Positions 35,201 to 43,061 of a stretch of DNA of 43,452 bases are shown here, one piece after another (the stretch's first letter is position 1; every line of letters begins with the position of its first letter). The position numbers and the translations under genes are program-made. Location: positions 1 to 43,452 of the IMG/VR virus record IMGVR_UViG_3300032272_000027; one strand, 5' to 3'. Origin of the DNA: a virus (taxonomy: Duplodnaviria; Caudoviricetes). The notes below the pieces were generated by a model. The model was not told the origin of the DNA, searched no databases, and saw only the letters and a list, made by a program, of their open reading frames with translations.

Positions 35201-36311
35201 CCCCCTCGAAGTACCCCGTGCCAGCCGTTCCGTCATGCAGTTTAAGGTAGGCCGGTGAGTTAGTGATATAGCTCTCGCCGTCCTCGTCAGCGGTACCGTC
35301 TTCCTCTGCTAGTGAAATCGCCCACTGTTCGTCACTCGTAATTGTCCAAACACCGAATGCACCACCGTCGCCGGAGGTTATCGCAGCGTTTTTCGTCTCG
35401 ACATGCGAGGCTATGATTTCCATAACGCTCGGGGTGAACCCTGGCTCGCTGTGCGAATGGTCGCCGGTAACTGTTGGAGAGGTTGTGAAACCACCCCAGA
35501 AACTACTATTGTCACAATCTAGAGCCGCGTACAGCACCTGCTTATCAACGTCGCCAGTCTCGTCAACCACCTCGAATTCAAACGAAGTCGAGCTAACATA
35601 GTTGATGCCGATACCCTCGTACGTTGTGCCCTCGTATAGATTCCTGTGCACCACGCGATCGTCAACAATGGCGAACACTTTGGCCGAGGTGTTATCGTCA
35701 GACCCGCGGTTGTACGAGAAGTTGTCGTACGTTGTTCCGTTGCGAACGGCGATACCCTTAGAGATATAGCCGTCGTCGGATACCGTTCCGTCAATCGTCC
35801 CCTGGTGCCCAGATACCGTAAAGATGAGGTCGGACTCTTTGGACGTGGTGATCGTGTCGTTGGCGGCTTGTGTTGGGTTGCCGAAGCCGACCTTTGCCGA
35901 ACCACTACCAGTAAACAGGGTGATCCTGAGACGGTAAGCGTTCCCATCAACGGCGCGCCAAGTTACACGGATACCATCAGTGATAGCTACGGGGGTATCA
36001 CAGTACGCATTCCATGAACCGTCAGTGAACGACATGCACCCAGCTAGTACGGTGCTATCGGTCTTTCTCTTGGTGTCGGTAGCCGAACCGATGTTGTTGT
36101 TACTAAACGCAACACAACCCTGGTTAGTAAAGTCTGTCCAGCCTTCGGCGTACACCACTGAATAAGAAGCGGTGTCATCTGCCGTGGCGTTAATAACCTC
36201 GAGGCGGGCCAGGATCGGAGTCCCGAAGCCTGAGATTGTGTAATCTTCAGTAAAAGGAGTAGAGCCCGAGGTGGGCACCGCCGTTTTAATCACACCTGTT
36301 TCGATGGCCAT
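29241..36311 (-). CDS. Giant multidomain virion protein: beta-rich, GH-propeller, lectin and Ig domains fused to a C-terminal gp11-like tail adaptor
   Basis: Last ~200 aa (SDIWNIGLVELG...EADLC...RRDFLRETGWNGAKR...WSYAYELPSCWVRI...LYTD...ALGYAMALQLA...ARSIDAMEQ) match the tail tubular protein A pattern; sits immediately before the nozzle. Confidence 0.85.
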   Translation of the reverse strand: MAIETGVIKTAVPTSGSTPFTEDYTISGFGTPILARLEVINATADDTASYSVVYAEGWTDFTNQGCVAFSNNNIGSATDTKRKTDSTVLAGCMSFTDGSWNAYCDTPVAITDGIRVTWRAVDGNAYRLRITLFTGSGSAKVGFGNPTQAANDTITTSKESDLIFTVSGHQGTIDGTVSDDGYISKGIAVRNGTTYDNFSYNRGSDDNTSAKVFAIVDDRVVHRNLYEGTTYEGIGINYVSSTSFEFEVVDETGDVDKQVLYAALDCDNSSFWGGFTTSPTVTGDHSHSEPGFTPSVMEIIASHVETKNAAITSGDGGAFGVWTITSDEQWAISLAEEDGTADEDGESYITNSPAYLKLHDGTAGTGYFEGANASGGIIEDGLGVEINYSAVDGAAKQWIGWAIEFVDTTTSLGSVSSPTVSGASCDVNGELVYASIGTTDSPTISASSVTIGNSVIGISRSVFGSTCDVQTFYGALESLSSAAVSSSSCVVTYNVSFVEDFTDSLGDNFGSSVSGNGALTENLSNGGFLLSSPDIGDAALVHFNSPIDTGREQCWSILLRSLTNNSHPDLITFWDTASTPTADVSASISGERRFSVGISPSGFEYKYYTPGGSPLYWNGSSWTALQTGAQGPIRTGSAGDWYEIRVEFNTSRVRFSGINAVGSSYSDKDQGLRMVAMSDWIDFGDVGSTDSLFMTIGDRYTDAYSGSWEVARVVLNSREISGYAITNQSDALNVSGSEIYQLREGVSYGGVIQPKDRGDTEVLTPTPGAWDDKGYRKKHIFEDDDGAQYLFYEGFNTDSSFWSDGDIGMKWRASQGLPWQDNPNAPPNPVFPITSLSGVGSTYELVSQMWMVRDKRDTSYPYKLYLTGKRTIVIDGNSTDVHRIFCFGGSSPWGSNNSTPLWTKLPGSGPDGSCLGETSDPTNFRNHGSADPVVRWSGSEWQMYFSGYSRRLGAFQNPVGWSVGFATSSDGVIWTPSSFPVVSPGAGSARSYSIVSGSTIGGLSDTVPFEVDQTVVIRNSVSDLNDYGISRIRSVPASGTELELYHQVVGISSGGGSGKTVSPLNGGSITPHHVAQDPDGRYRLYVTIFQPMIYAVTQSISDPGVNCEFTGTLTSDSWEGPWAWDWMNTPVKSPHIWGGSTNDENISLPSNVVVENNFFTVTGGGESSSVSVSTCDVSGFALDTDLLSNSSSTSSNSLANVTWDVSTETGVWSDTTGTSYFEEDDDLFTVEDVDGYLALKTTDPTANIHSHFLGSTSLTGSWDTTSADVDYRGKILPQAGDEGSEIGGSGVTFLSQFGFGGAGKYYRLRRTENPGGQAFTISKWSTFGGGGTGPFVGAVGNRDTGVVPTIGQWYEFRVYVEDTTEPVSGSAATRIRAKVWEVGSTEPAAWQADVYDPTSSRYTVGKIGVWSGDPGVKAWADFSVNGVPVPLPNSLVVEINVSDTLLQYSPSLESVNVTVTATTPQSGTVDVTSQATFSQTAGSLMTITSGQSPAVFTAIDTGSPGTTVVTATYDGVESAPVTMTIVSEPTLGTYQDFVEKEGIRWDFDQAYRVMQFKNGDWGVFPEKSDTTDNGTITVTSVTPTPTTGRNGTMKNPSGGDNICGYDNRTPTYNSGAALSYPAVLSPWDSLVSTQSQTTSAPWSEAYFGQDNNAPLKKAQVLTVLPYGYDIFVSAETYRPTFIGTSGSAKTTYSASSIDMNRLPNLTPNNTNVKSDGGGVSNLIARYATFVTQPWIQHLRDAIARYHHPTDNMPAYHEQVYECLDECLTMALCDPTSLGGTASDKEDMVHGLVQIGLDLYHAAKDSLTGESGGPITFATDRAYHHGVVKFAGYMLEDSSILDFNYGYARHTRFTYTSDQITSTIPSTCGTYGGVATQSATPACFVVPVGQTWTGSPYYFRADVGSTQEHEHLHPTEWNKLQAAGTSQTGYQKEAYRRINGHTWMGGFYLMGKVLGILDKVGDATWQGYVNRWMYDEVAIDPANVAYIQSLYPSGGGFSFQSGSTTSGFVTNMFYTYDGYLFDNMSSQSRSVTSSEAQVVYTGGPDTPLFPVPSSRSFSDSVATVSAYAAPFMLSIGGSSGAGGSGASGSSTGSAAAVSFTLAYFPLILPNQNVSVSGSASSATVVPIGQDIDVDSPSMTNSSATVGTLEDCGTIDDRCNIVCVSDIWNIGLVELGQALIASDDEVSPEADLCRAVWPVVRRDFLRETGWNGAKRTEQLTQIEGGADHSKRWSYAYELPSCWVRILGVNEEECKPGTDKWEIELDADGRIRVLYTDEAEVYCVYITDVTNVSQLDSSAQKALGYAMALQLARRFGRSVGEIDQIKELYEAEVRSARSIDAMEQYPQSFGDTSLLDARN

Positions 36312-36359
36312 TTACAGCGTTGCCTCTCTCGGGCTCTTAGATTAAATCGATCAGAAAAA

Positions 36360-36773
36360 CTAGTCGGTCGCGTCGAGCGAGATCGTCCAGTTGTTTGCGG
36401 GAATTTGCGGGACTTGGCCAGAGGGAATGCTCGCAGTGGGATTGTCAGTCCAGAACATGCGAACGCCCAGAGTCAAGGCGTTCCAAATCTCCGCGCCCTC
36501 AACTGCTGTAACTTGGTCAGTAGTCGTAAAGTTGATATCCGTCAAGTTCTTGACTTGGTAATAGTCAGACGAGACAAGTTCAACCGTCCAGGTAATGCCG
36601 TCCACTTGGATTCTTGGAGCGGCAGCACCGTCTACGGCAGTACCAGCAGTAGCGTCGGTCGGGTCGGTTTTAGTTAGAGCCGCATAGAACGACGAAATCG
36701 TCGGCAATGCAGTCGCGTTGAAAACGTAGTCCAAGATGTCCTGAGAGAACTCCTGGGTAATTCCTCCAGCCAA
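36360..36773 (-). CDS. Small virion fibre/appendage subunit (conserved phage structural family)
   Basis: ILDYVF...YAAL.KTDPTD...RIQV...N..DINF...IWNALTLG...ISLD pattern; between the capsid genes and the giant protein. Confidence 0.7.
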   Translation of the reverse strand: MAGGITQEFSQDILDYVFNATALPTISSFYAALTKTDPTDATAGTAVDGAAAPRIQVDGITWTVELVSSDYYQVKNLTDINFTTTDQVTAVEGAEIWNALTLGVRMFWTDNPTASIPSGQVPQIPANNWTISLDATD

Positions 36774-36785
36774 GTTCCAGCCTTA

Positions 36786-37220
36786 CTAAGACACGAAGTC
36801 TGCTTGTGGGGAGCGCACAGCAACCAAGGACGCCCAGATCTGGGCCCCCGCAGTCAACGTCGCGCCAGATGTGGTTAGAGTTCCAGTAACAACAGTAGCG
36901 GTAGAGGCCGGGGCAACAGTGCCCTCGAACACCTCGCCACCAGCGGTTTTGAGATCTTGGGCGGTTACGAACGCGGTCGCCGTAGTCCCGTCTCCAAGGC
37001 TCATGGCAATAGTCGTGCCAGTGCCGCCGACCTCCCATGCGAGAGAACCGGCTACAGCAATATACTCAGCGGGCAACTCAAAGAATTGCACGGTATCGCC
37101 AGTAGATTCAGTCCCAAGCAAGGTGTACTTTGCGGAGAAGACCTCAGAGTCTACTTGGCTCCCCAGGACTACCGGGGACGCCGTTTGATTAGTGTACTGT
37201 TCACTTTTCAAAGTGGCCAT
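36786..37220 (-). CDS. Capsid decoration/cement-like protein
   Basis: 144 aa beta-rich, GDTVQFFELPA, directly downstream of the major capsid gene. Confidence 0.65.
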   Translation of the reverse strand: MATLKSEQYTNQTASPVVLGSQVDSEVFSAKYTLLGTESTGDTVQFFELPAEYIAVAGSLAWEVGGTGTTIAMSLGDGTTATAFVTAQDLKTAGGEVFEGTVAPASTATVVTGTLTTSGATLTAGAQIWASLVAVRSPQADFVS

Positions 37221-37236
37221 AAGTCAATCTCCTTTC

Positions 37237-38085
37237 TTAGACAGCGCAATCAATGCGCACGATTTTGTTTTCGTAGTACCGAGTAGCCGCAAAGGTCGCA
37301 TAGACAGCCAGCTGGAGTGCGTGACCGCGCTCGCTCTGAACGTCAAAGTTCACGTCGATGTCGCCCTCGTGACCGAAGATCATTGCATCCGGGCTATAAA
37401 GGTAGAAGTTGCCGTCAGTGATTTCGGTAGTCCAAACGAAGTCAATACCCATGAAGCTGGTGATATCACCATCAGCAAGGGCTTTAACGTGACTATAGTC
37501 GGCGTTCGTCACTGCGGTCTGACCGAGGAGGTCGTCGAGTTGGTCAGGGTGACCAGCGCCGAATAGTTTCCCCTTGACGTTATTCGCTCGAAGGATCTTT
37601 CGACCCGCACGAAGTTTGTCAGTCGTCAAGAAACTCTCAGAGTTATGGGCGACATCCTGGTCCGTATCAAACTCAACGGGAGTAGAGCCAGACTTGTCCG
37701 AATACGCAGAAGCCGTAAAGGCTTCGAAGATGACGTTATCCTTCTTGCGGTTGAACGCACCAATGACAGCTTCCATGAAGAGTCCATCCGGCTCAAGCGC
37801 CCGAAGGGTCCGTCCACGATCTCGCTGGTCAAAGAGTTCGGGGTAATCAAAGAAGCGCGGGGAGATCATACGTCTCTCTCGCGGCATTTCTTTATAGCTG
37901 TTCATTGCATTGCGGGTGAGTCGTTCCCCCACAGCAACCTGGCCGTAGCCGTCGAAGAACGTTTTTTCGCCTTCGAGCATTTCGTTGATACAGGTACGCT
38001 GGAGTTCAGTCGTAGTCTGCTGGGCAGCAAGTCGCATCTTATCTGCGAAAGCTACCTTATAATGAGTCTCGATCTGAGCAACCAT
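37237..38085 (-). CDS. Major capsid protein (BPP-1-like family)
   Basis: LAAQQTTTELQ, GEKTFFD, RRMI, AFNRKKD, LDDLL...VTNADY..VKALADG.I.SFMGIDF, ATRYYENKIVRIDC. Confidence 0.9.
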   Translation of the reverse strand: MVAQIETHYKVAFADKMRLAAQQTTTELQRTCINEMLEGEKTFFDGYGQVAVGERLTRNAMNSYKEMPRERRMISPRFFDYPELFDQRDRGRTLRALEPDGLFMEAVIGAFNRKKDNVIFEAFTASAYSDKSGSTPVEFDTDQDVAHNSESFLTTDKLRAGRKILRANNVKGKLFGAGHPDQLDDLLGQTAVTNADYSHVKALADGDITSFMGIDFVWTTEITDGNFYLYSPDAMIFGHEGDIDVNFDVQSERGHALQLAVYATFAATRYYENKIVRIDCAV

Positions 38086-38109
38086 GATGGTGCCCCCGTT
38101 TCAAATCTC

Positions 38110-38260
38110 CGTTTCAGGTGTGTTAACGGGGGGTATCCGGCTTCCGGGGCCCCTAGCTCTAGTCGCGAGCGTTTGCGGTAGCTTCTGCTACATATCCCCG
38201 GGGCCGGACTTACAGGGGTGTCCAGGGCGAAGGGATTAGACCTTACGCCCTGGAAAATAT
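38110..38260 (-). promoter_or_regulatory. Structured leader upstream of the major capsid gene
   Basis: Inverted repeat TCCAGGGCG-AAGG..CCTT-A-CGCCCTGGA (38221-38254); two GGA(C/T)ACCCC motifs on the minus strand. Confidence 0.5.
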
Positions 38261-38275
38261 CACGGGATTCTTGAC

Positions 38276-39076
38276 TTACGGCTGGAGACGTGAGTCATGG
38301 ATGCCTTCGAAGCCAGCCTCAAGGAGATCTTTTGTCATATTTAGGTAGTCAGCTTTGGCTTTCTTGTGGAGCGGGTGGGCTCGGTCCTTGTACTCCTCAG
38401 AGGCAAAGAGGCCACGGATCTTATTGGCGAGGTCAGTGCCGCGTTCTTCTGGGCTCGAATCTCCACTACCGGCCGGAATGTTATCGTCAGACACTAGGCT
38501 AGACACTTTCTGCATGAGTTTCAGGACAATAGGGTTGTTCCCATTGCCGTTCTCTTTGAGGAAGTCGCCCAATTCCGGGATATCCTCTTTAAGCGCTTCA
38601 ATCACACGTTCAGACTTAACGACTACGGCGTCATACTCGACACCGAACTCATCCCTGGCGGCGGCCTCCAAGGCGGCAACCTTACCCTCATGGTCTTCCG
38701 GAACCTTGAGGGAGGTAGATACCTTGCTAACCAACCTCTCCCACGCCTTGACGGTGACGCCGTCTTCGAGGGCTGAGGATCGGAGTTCTTTGAGGACGGA
38801 GGCCGTACGATCGTCAACCCCCTCGGGCAGCGCGTACCCCTCGGCCGTATCCGGGGCTCCAATCTTCTGGTAGAAGCCGCTTCGCTCCTCGGAGGTAGAT
38901 CCGTCATGGGGGATAGAGATCATTCCCCCCATTTTGCTACGCTGCTCCAAGAAGCTCTTGGCCATACTCTCGATACTTTTGTACCGATTTAGCGTTGGGT
39001 CACCCTGTAAATCGTCAGGTAGGCTCGAGGTCCAACTCTCCGAAGTCTGGGGATCCGCTACATTCTCTTCGCTCAA
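38276..39076 (-). CDS. Capsid scaffolding/assembly protein
   Basis: WTSSLPDDL...YKSIESMAKSF...G..ISIP...FYQKIGAPDTAEGY; GNGNNP; Y.DRAHPLH. Confidence 0.85.
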   Translation of the reverse strand: MSEENVADPQTSESWTSSLPDDLQGDPTLNRYKSIESMAKSFLEQRSKMGGMISIPHDGSTSEERSGFYQKIGAPDTAEGYALPEGVDDRTASVLKELRSSALEDGVTVKAWERLVSKVSTSLKVPEDHEGKVAALEAAARDEFGVEYDAVVVKSERVIEALKEDIPELGDFLKENGNGNNPIVLKLMQKVSSLVSDDNIPAGSGDSSPEERGTDLANKIRGLFASEEYKDRAHPLHKKAKADYLNMTKDLLEAGFEGIHDSRLQP

Positions 39077-39084
39077 AATCGTCC

Positions 39085-39363
39085 CTACTTTCTAAGTGTG
39101 TTTGCATGCCTGATCCATGTAACAATCTGGTTGTACGCCGCCCGCTTACCCTGTCTCTTGGCAAACGCGAGGGGGTCAATCGGCCTCCCCTGTTGCTCCT
39201 CTGGCTCCTGGGTCCAGACGACTCCGAAATCTCCCTCCAATTGCTTGAGGACGGTCTCCCCGTCTGGCGTACCGAACAGGCGCTCAAAAGCACACGCAAT
39301 GGGATAGGCAGCTTCGCCAAGTTTCTCCATTCTCTTTTCTGGAGTTTCTTCGCCTTCACTCAA
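39085..39363 (-). CDS. Small conserved protein between portal and scaffold (Bbp19-like)
   Basis: RLFGTPDGETVLKQL ... DPLAFAKRQGKR. Confidence 0.75.
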   Translation of the reverse strand: MSEGEETPEKRMEKLGEAAYPIACAFERLFGTPDGETVLKQLEGDFGVVWTQEPEEQQGRPIDPLAFAKRQGKRAAYNQIVTWIRHANTLRK

Positions 39364-40994
39364 ATTGACGGTCCCGCTCTATCAATGGGGACTTGCCCCT
39401 GGGTTTTGCTTTGCATCTCGGCGGTTCGCTCCATAGCGTTCGCCTCTGCCCGCTTCTCTCGGCGAGCCCTAACCTCTTCTGGCTTGAAGAAGATCTCTGA
39501 CGGAACGCTGGACAGTTGGCGGTCGATCTTGCTCAAGGCGTCCGGGTCGATATCGTCCAAATATCGAGGGTCTTGAGTGGCTTGGAAAATGGCCAATCGG
39601 CGCTCCATGAAGGCATACATGCCGATAGCTGAACTCTCGCGCTGGGAGCGGAAGAACGGGGAGACATGCTGGTAGCTGAGGAAGCCTTCCCCGATCTTGG
39701 CCATAGCCTCATCAAGCTCTGGGAGTTGCTTGGCCTTTTGCATGAAGCGGATAGTGGCGTCAAGGATCGGATTGAGTAGTTCAACAGCTACCGTCTCGCT
39801 GGGGGCGGAGAGTCTTTGGAGGCTACGGGCCATTCGCTGGCGGCTCTCCTCTGCACTGCGGGGCTGGGTGTCCGGGTCTCTAAGGGCCTCAGTCATAAAG
39901 CCGCGCTCAATCTGCTCGCGGTCACTACGAGCTAGACCGAGGACAAGGTCGTATCGACTATTAGCCTGTAGATAACGGGGGTCTTGGGTGCCCTCCTTCA
40001 TGATGCTAATGCCGTTAGGACCGCTATTAAGCTGAAGGTGCGAATCCTCATTAAGAATAAGCGGGGGGTTCATATCTCTAGGGGCAGCCATGAGGAACTG
40101 ACGCTGGAGTTCATTGAGTCCTTTGGCGTCTGGACGAACCAGGTGTCCACGACCACGACCGTACCACTCGCCATCAACTACCTGCCAGCGACTGACAATA
40201 TAGGGGTTGAAGTCGAAACCACTCCGGCGGACCACTTCGGGTTTCTTGCCGATCGAGACCCAGTCAGAAGAGATCGCCTTCTCTGTAGCTGGGACCAAAC
40301 CCTTCTTCCCAGGCTTATACAACTTGTTGGGATATACAAACTGGAGATACTTAACCATGCCCATCGGGTCTTTGTCCAGGATCTCCCGGCCGTCCACACC
40401 CATGTCCTTGAGGCCGAAGAACTCCGCAGCGTCAACCGCTGGCATCTCCACTTCACGGACGTAGAACGTTACTTTCCCGCCCCGACCGCACATCCACCAA
40501 GAATCAGTCGTCGGGACAGTCTCGTACGACAACCCCCCAAACTGACTATTAGTCTCAAAGTCGTCGTCCTCTTCCACCGACATAACGGAGTTCCCAATGG
40601 TGGAAAAGTCAGCGAGGGCGGAACTGGACTGGACGTAGAAGTTAGATACAGCAAGGGCTCTAAGAACACGGTTGCGCGTATCATCAAGGAGGCCGCGAAC
40701 CTCTAGGTCATCGTCCCAACCATAAGGGGGGAGGATAGAGAACCACTGAGAATCAGAGCTAGGGAAGAGAGCGCCTTTGAGGAAGTTAACGAAGGTGTCT
40801 CGAGCATTCATTGCCGTTGAGTCGAACACCCCCGAGACGCGCTTCTGGCCCGCACTCCGCTTGGTGTTGATATCACCACGGAACGGGCTCATTAGGTCCA
40901 CGATCTCTTGCCAAGTGCCCTCATGCTCGTAACGGCGACTTTTAAGGAGTCCCCAGCGATCCATGAGGTTCTTGGCGAGTTTGTCCTCTGCCAT
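39360..40994 (-). CDS. Portal (head-tail connector) protein
   Basis: WQEIVDLMSPFR, FDSTA, SNFY, PYIVSRW....GEWYGRG, NPPL, SAEES; T7/BPP-1-like. Confidence 0.92.
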   Translation of the reverse strand: MAEDKLAKNLMDRWGLLKSRRYEHEGTWQEIVDLMSPFRGDINTKRSAGQKRVSGVFDSTAMNARDTFVNFLKGALFPSSDSQWFSILPPYGWDDDLEVRGLLDDTRNRVLRALAVSNFYVQSSSALADFSTIGNSVMSVEEDDDFETNSQFGGLSYETVPTTDSWWMCGRGGKVTFYVREVEMPAVDAAEFFGLKDMGVDGREILDKDPMGMVKYLQFVYPNKLYKPGKKGLVPATEKAISSDWVSIGKKPEVVRRSGFDFNPYIVSRWQVVDGEWYGRGRGHLVRPDAKGLNELQRQFLMAAPRDMNPPLILNEDSHLQLNSGPNGISIMKEGTQDPRYLQANSRYDLVLGLARSDREQIERGFMTEALRDPDTQPRSAEESRQRMARSLQRLSAPSETVAVELLNPILDATIRFMQKAKQLPELDEAMAKIGEGFLSYQHVSPFFRSQRESSAIGMYAFMERRLAIFQATQDPRYLDDIDPDALSKIDRQLSSVPSEIFFKPEEVRARREKRAEANAMERTAEMQSKTQGQVPIDRAGPSI

Positions 40995-42514
40995 CAGAAC
41001 ACCTCGTATTCATTGCTCGTTGGAGCGTATGAGAATCCTTCGCCGGGACTCTTTGCAAATCGCATCATCATCCACCCCTTGAACAGTGCGTCCATAAGGT
41101 GGTCGTCTTGGCCTTTGACAGGCTTGTCACCCTCGGCTCTATAGGTACGAAACTCTCGTAGTATCTTCTCGCAAGTATCGAAGATCTTCAGCTTGCGGTC
41201 GCTCAGGAGGTCAAAGATCCCCTGGATGATATAGTCGACACTGTTTGTCTTCTGGTAGCCGCCGCCAGTCTTCGGACGGAGGGCATATGCAGCCTCATGG
41301 CACATATCTAGGCCATAGCCAGCGTATATGTCTTTGAGCTTCTGGCCGTCGTGGGCTCGTCCTGCGTCATGGGGCCAGGCGCATTTCGTCTTATCCCCGC
41401 CCATCTTCTTAACAGCGTGTCCATGTTGGGCCGAGTGGGTAGGGATAGACTCACCCTTAAGGTCGGTGTTCTTGTACTCAGAGACAATCCACACCTCGTC
41501 CTTGTCGGGGGAGATCGCTAATTTGACGGCCCCGAACACGCCATTGGTAGTGTGGGGGAAGTCCATTCCAATGATCGTCTTCCAGGTGTCTGGTACCTGG
41601 CGCGGCGGGATAGTCACTTCCTCCATGTCGAAGGGGAAGATAATCCCAGAACCGTAAGTAGGCTCGCCATAGGCTCGAGTGCGCTCCATATGGGATCCAC
41701 GGTACTTATCGCGAATACTCTGCTTCCACTCCTCCGTTTGGTGGTCGGCGTCGTCAACCGTGTAAACGATAATGTCTCGCTGGCGGCGGTCCTTGCACTC
41801 CTTGAAATGCTGGTAAAGCTCCGTGTACCCCTTTAGCGGAGTCTCCGAGATCTTCATAACGCCCTGAGTAGCGTTCAGGCGGGCACTAAGCTCGGTGTAG
41901 ACTTCGAACGGCGGCTCTTCGTCGATATATACTCTGTGGATCGTGTAACCCTGTGCGCGCTCCCAACCCTTTGAGTAAGCAAACACCTTGAACCAAGTTT
42001 TAAAGTCAGGGTGTCCATTTGAGTCGAAGTGCTGGATTGAGAAGTAATCAACTTGACCGCGCACACCCCCGGTCTTGAGGATAATATCCTTCTCGTCAAT
42101 GCACCATGAGGGGATAAGGCCGCTCCCGCGCTCACCCATTCGGCCTAGAAGCTTGTCGCACAGTAGATCTCGGGTCGTCTCGGCCGTCTCACCGCCAAGC
42201 ATAAAGTTCAAGCCCTTGAGACCGTCCGGGTAACGGGGGCCCTTATACCACGGGAACAAGTCGTAGAGGCCGGTAGAGTGGATTACGATATCAAGAAGAA
42301 GGGCTGTAGACTTCCCGCCCTGGTTGAGACCGGAGAGCATAACTTCGAAGGCCAAAGAGCAGATAAATGCGATCTGCTTGGCGTTCGGGATAATCTCGTG
42401 AATGGATCGATCTAGGTCCAGGCTCTCCGAGAGCGACTCGAACTCGTCAAGCATCTCGGGGGTAACTGTCACCTCCTGGTCGATATCGTCGAAGCGGTTA
42501 CTCAACCTCGCCAC
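40994..42514 (-). CDS. terL: Terminase large subunit
   Basis: Walker A GLNQGGKST, Walker B VYIDEEPP, C-motif SETP, RNase H-like IGMDF...WPHD...DDHLMDA; start possibly TTG at 42505. Confidence 0.93.
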   Translation of the reverse strand: MARLSNRFDDIDQEVTVTPEMLDEFESLSESLDLDRSIHEIIPNAKQIAFICSLAFEVMLSGLNQGGKSTALLLDIVIHSTGLYDLFPWYKGPRYPDGLKGLNFMLGGETAETTRDLLCDKLLGRMGERGSGLIPSWCIDEKDIILKTGGVRGQVDYFSIQHFDSNGHPDFKTWFKVFAYSKGWERAQGYTIHRVYIDEEPPFEVYTELSARLNATQGVMKISETPLKGYTELYQHFKECKDRRQRDIIVYTVDDADHQTEEWKQSIRDKYRGSHMERTRAYGEPTYGSGIIFPFDMEEVTIPPRQVPDTWKTIIGMDFPHTTNGVFGAVKLAISPDKDEVWIVSEYKNTDLKGESIPTHSAQHGHAVKKMGGDKTKCAWPHDAGRAHDGQKLKDIYAGYGLDMCHEAAYALRPKTGGGYQKTNSVDYIIQGIFDLLSDRKLKIFDTCEKILREFRTYRAEGDKPVKGQDDHLMDALFKGWMMMRFAKSPGEGFSYAPTSNEYEVF

Positions 42515-43061
42515 CGTCGATATCTAGCGGCGGGTTCTCGATAGCCAACTTCTGGGCGAGGATCCGCAGGCGCTTGCGCTTCGCCTCATAATCAAGATCT
42601 TCCGTCGCGTCATGGTTAACGTTCTCGTTCAAGTTATGAGAAACGCTCTCCTTGCCCATCATGCTGGCGTAAACCTTCAGTACGCTAAGTCCCCAATTGG
42701 CCTCCTTGGTATCGTCCCAGTCTAGCCGATCGCATTTGTCCATGAGGGAGGGAAGGAAGGAAGTTTTCTCTATCCCATACATGAAGGAGAGTTTGCTTTC
42801 GAAACTCTTAAACTGGTTGTTGTAGACCTTGATATCTTCGTTACGGGTAGATATCGCCGTCGTCCAAGCGCGGTTGAATTCCTCGTCCTTGGCGGAGGCT
42901 TCTACAACTTGCTCGTGCTTGATCTTCAGCGCACGGCAGACATCGATACTGTCACCGTCCATAGACTTTAGACGACGCAAGAAGGCGGCCTTCTGCTTAT
43001 CGCTTAGCTCTACAAGGTCGGGCTTAATGCCGTCTTTGAATCTTCCGTCCGGTTTGGGCAT
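42498..43061 (-). CDS. Probable terminase small subunit
   Basis: N-terminal HTH-like segment (KAAFLRRL...DVCRALKI...DEEFNRAW); immediately upstream of terL. Confidence 0.65.
   Translation of the reverse strand: MPKPDGRFKDGIKPDLVELSDKQKAAFLRRLKSMDGDSIDVCRALKIKHEQVVEASAKDEEFNRAWTTAISTRNEDIKVYNNQFKSFESKLSFMYGIEKTSFLPSLMDKCDRLDWDDTKEANWGLSVLKVYASMMGKESVSHNLNENVNHDATEDLDYEAKRKRLRILAQKLAIENPPLDIDGGEVE

Noticed and set aside
19605-41836. Many plus-strand ORFs of 60-240 aa in the track
   Set aside because: They are antisense shadows of well-supported minus-strand structural genes and have no motifs
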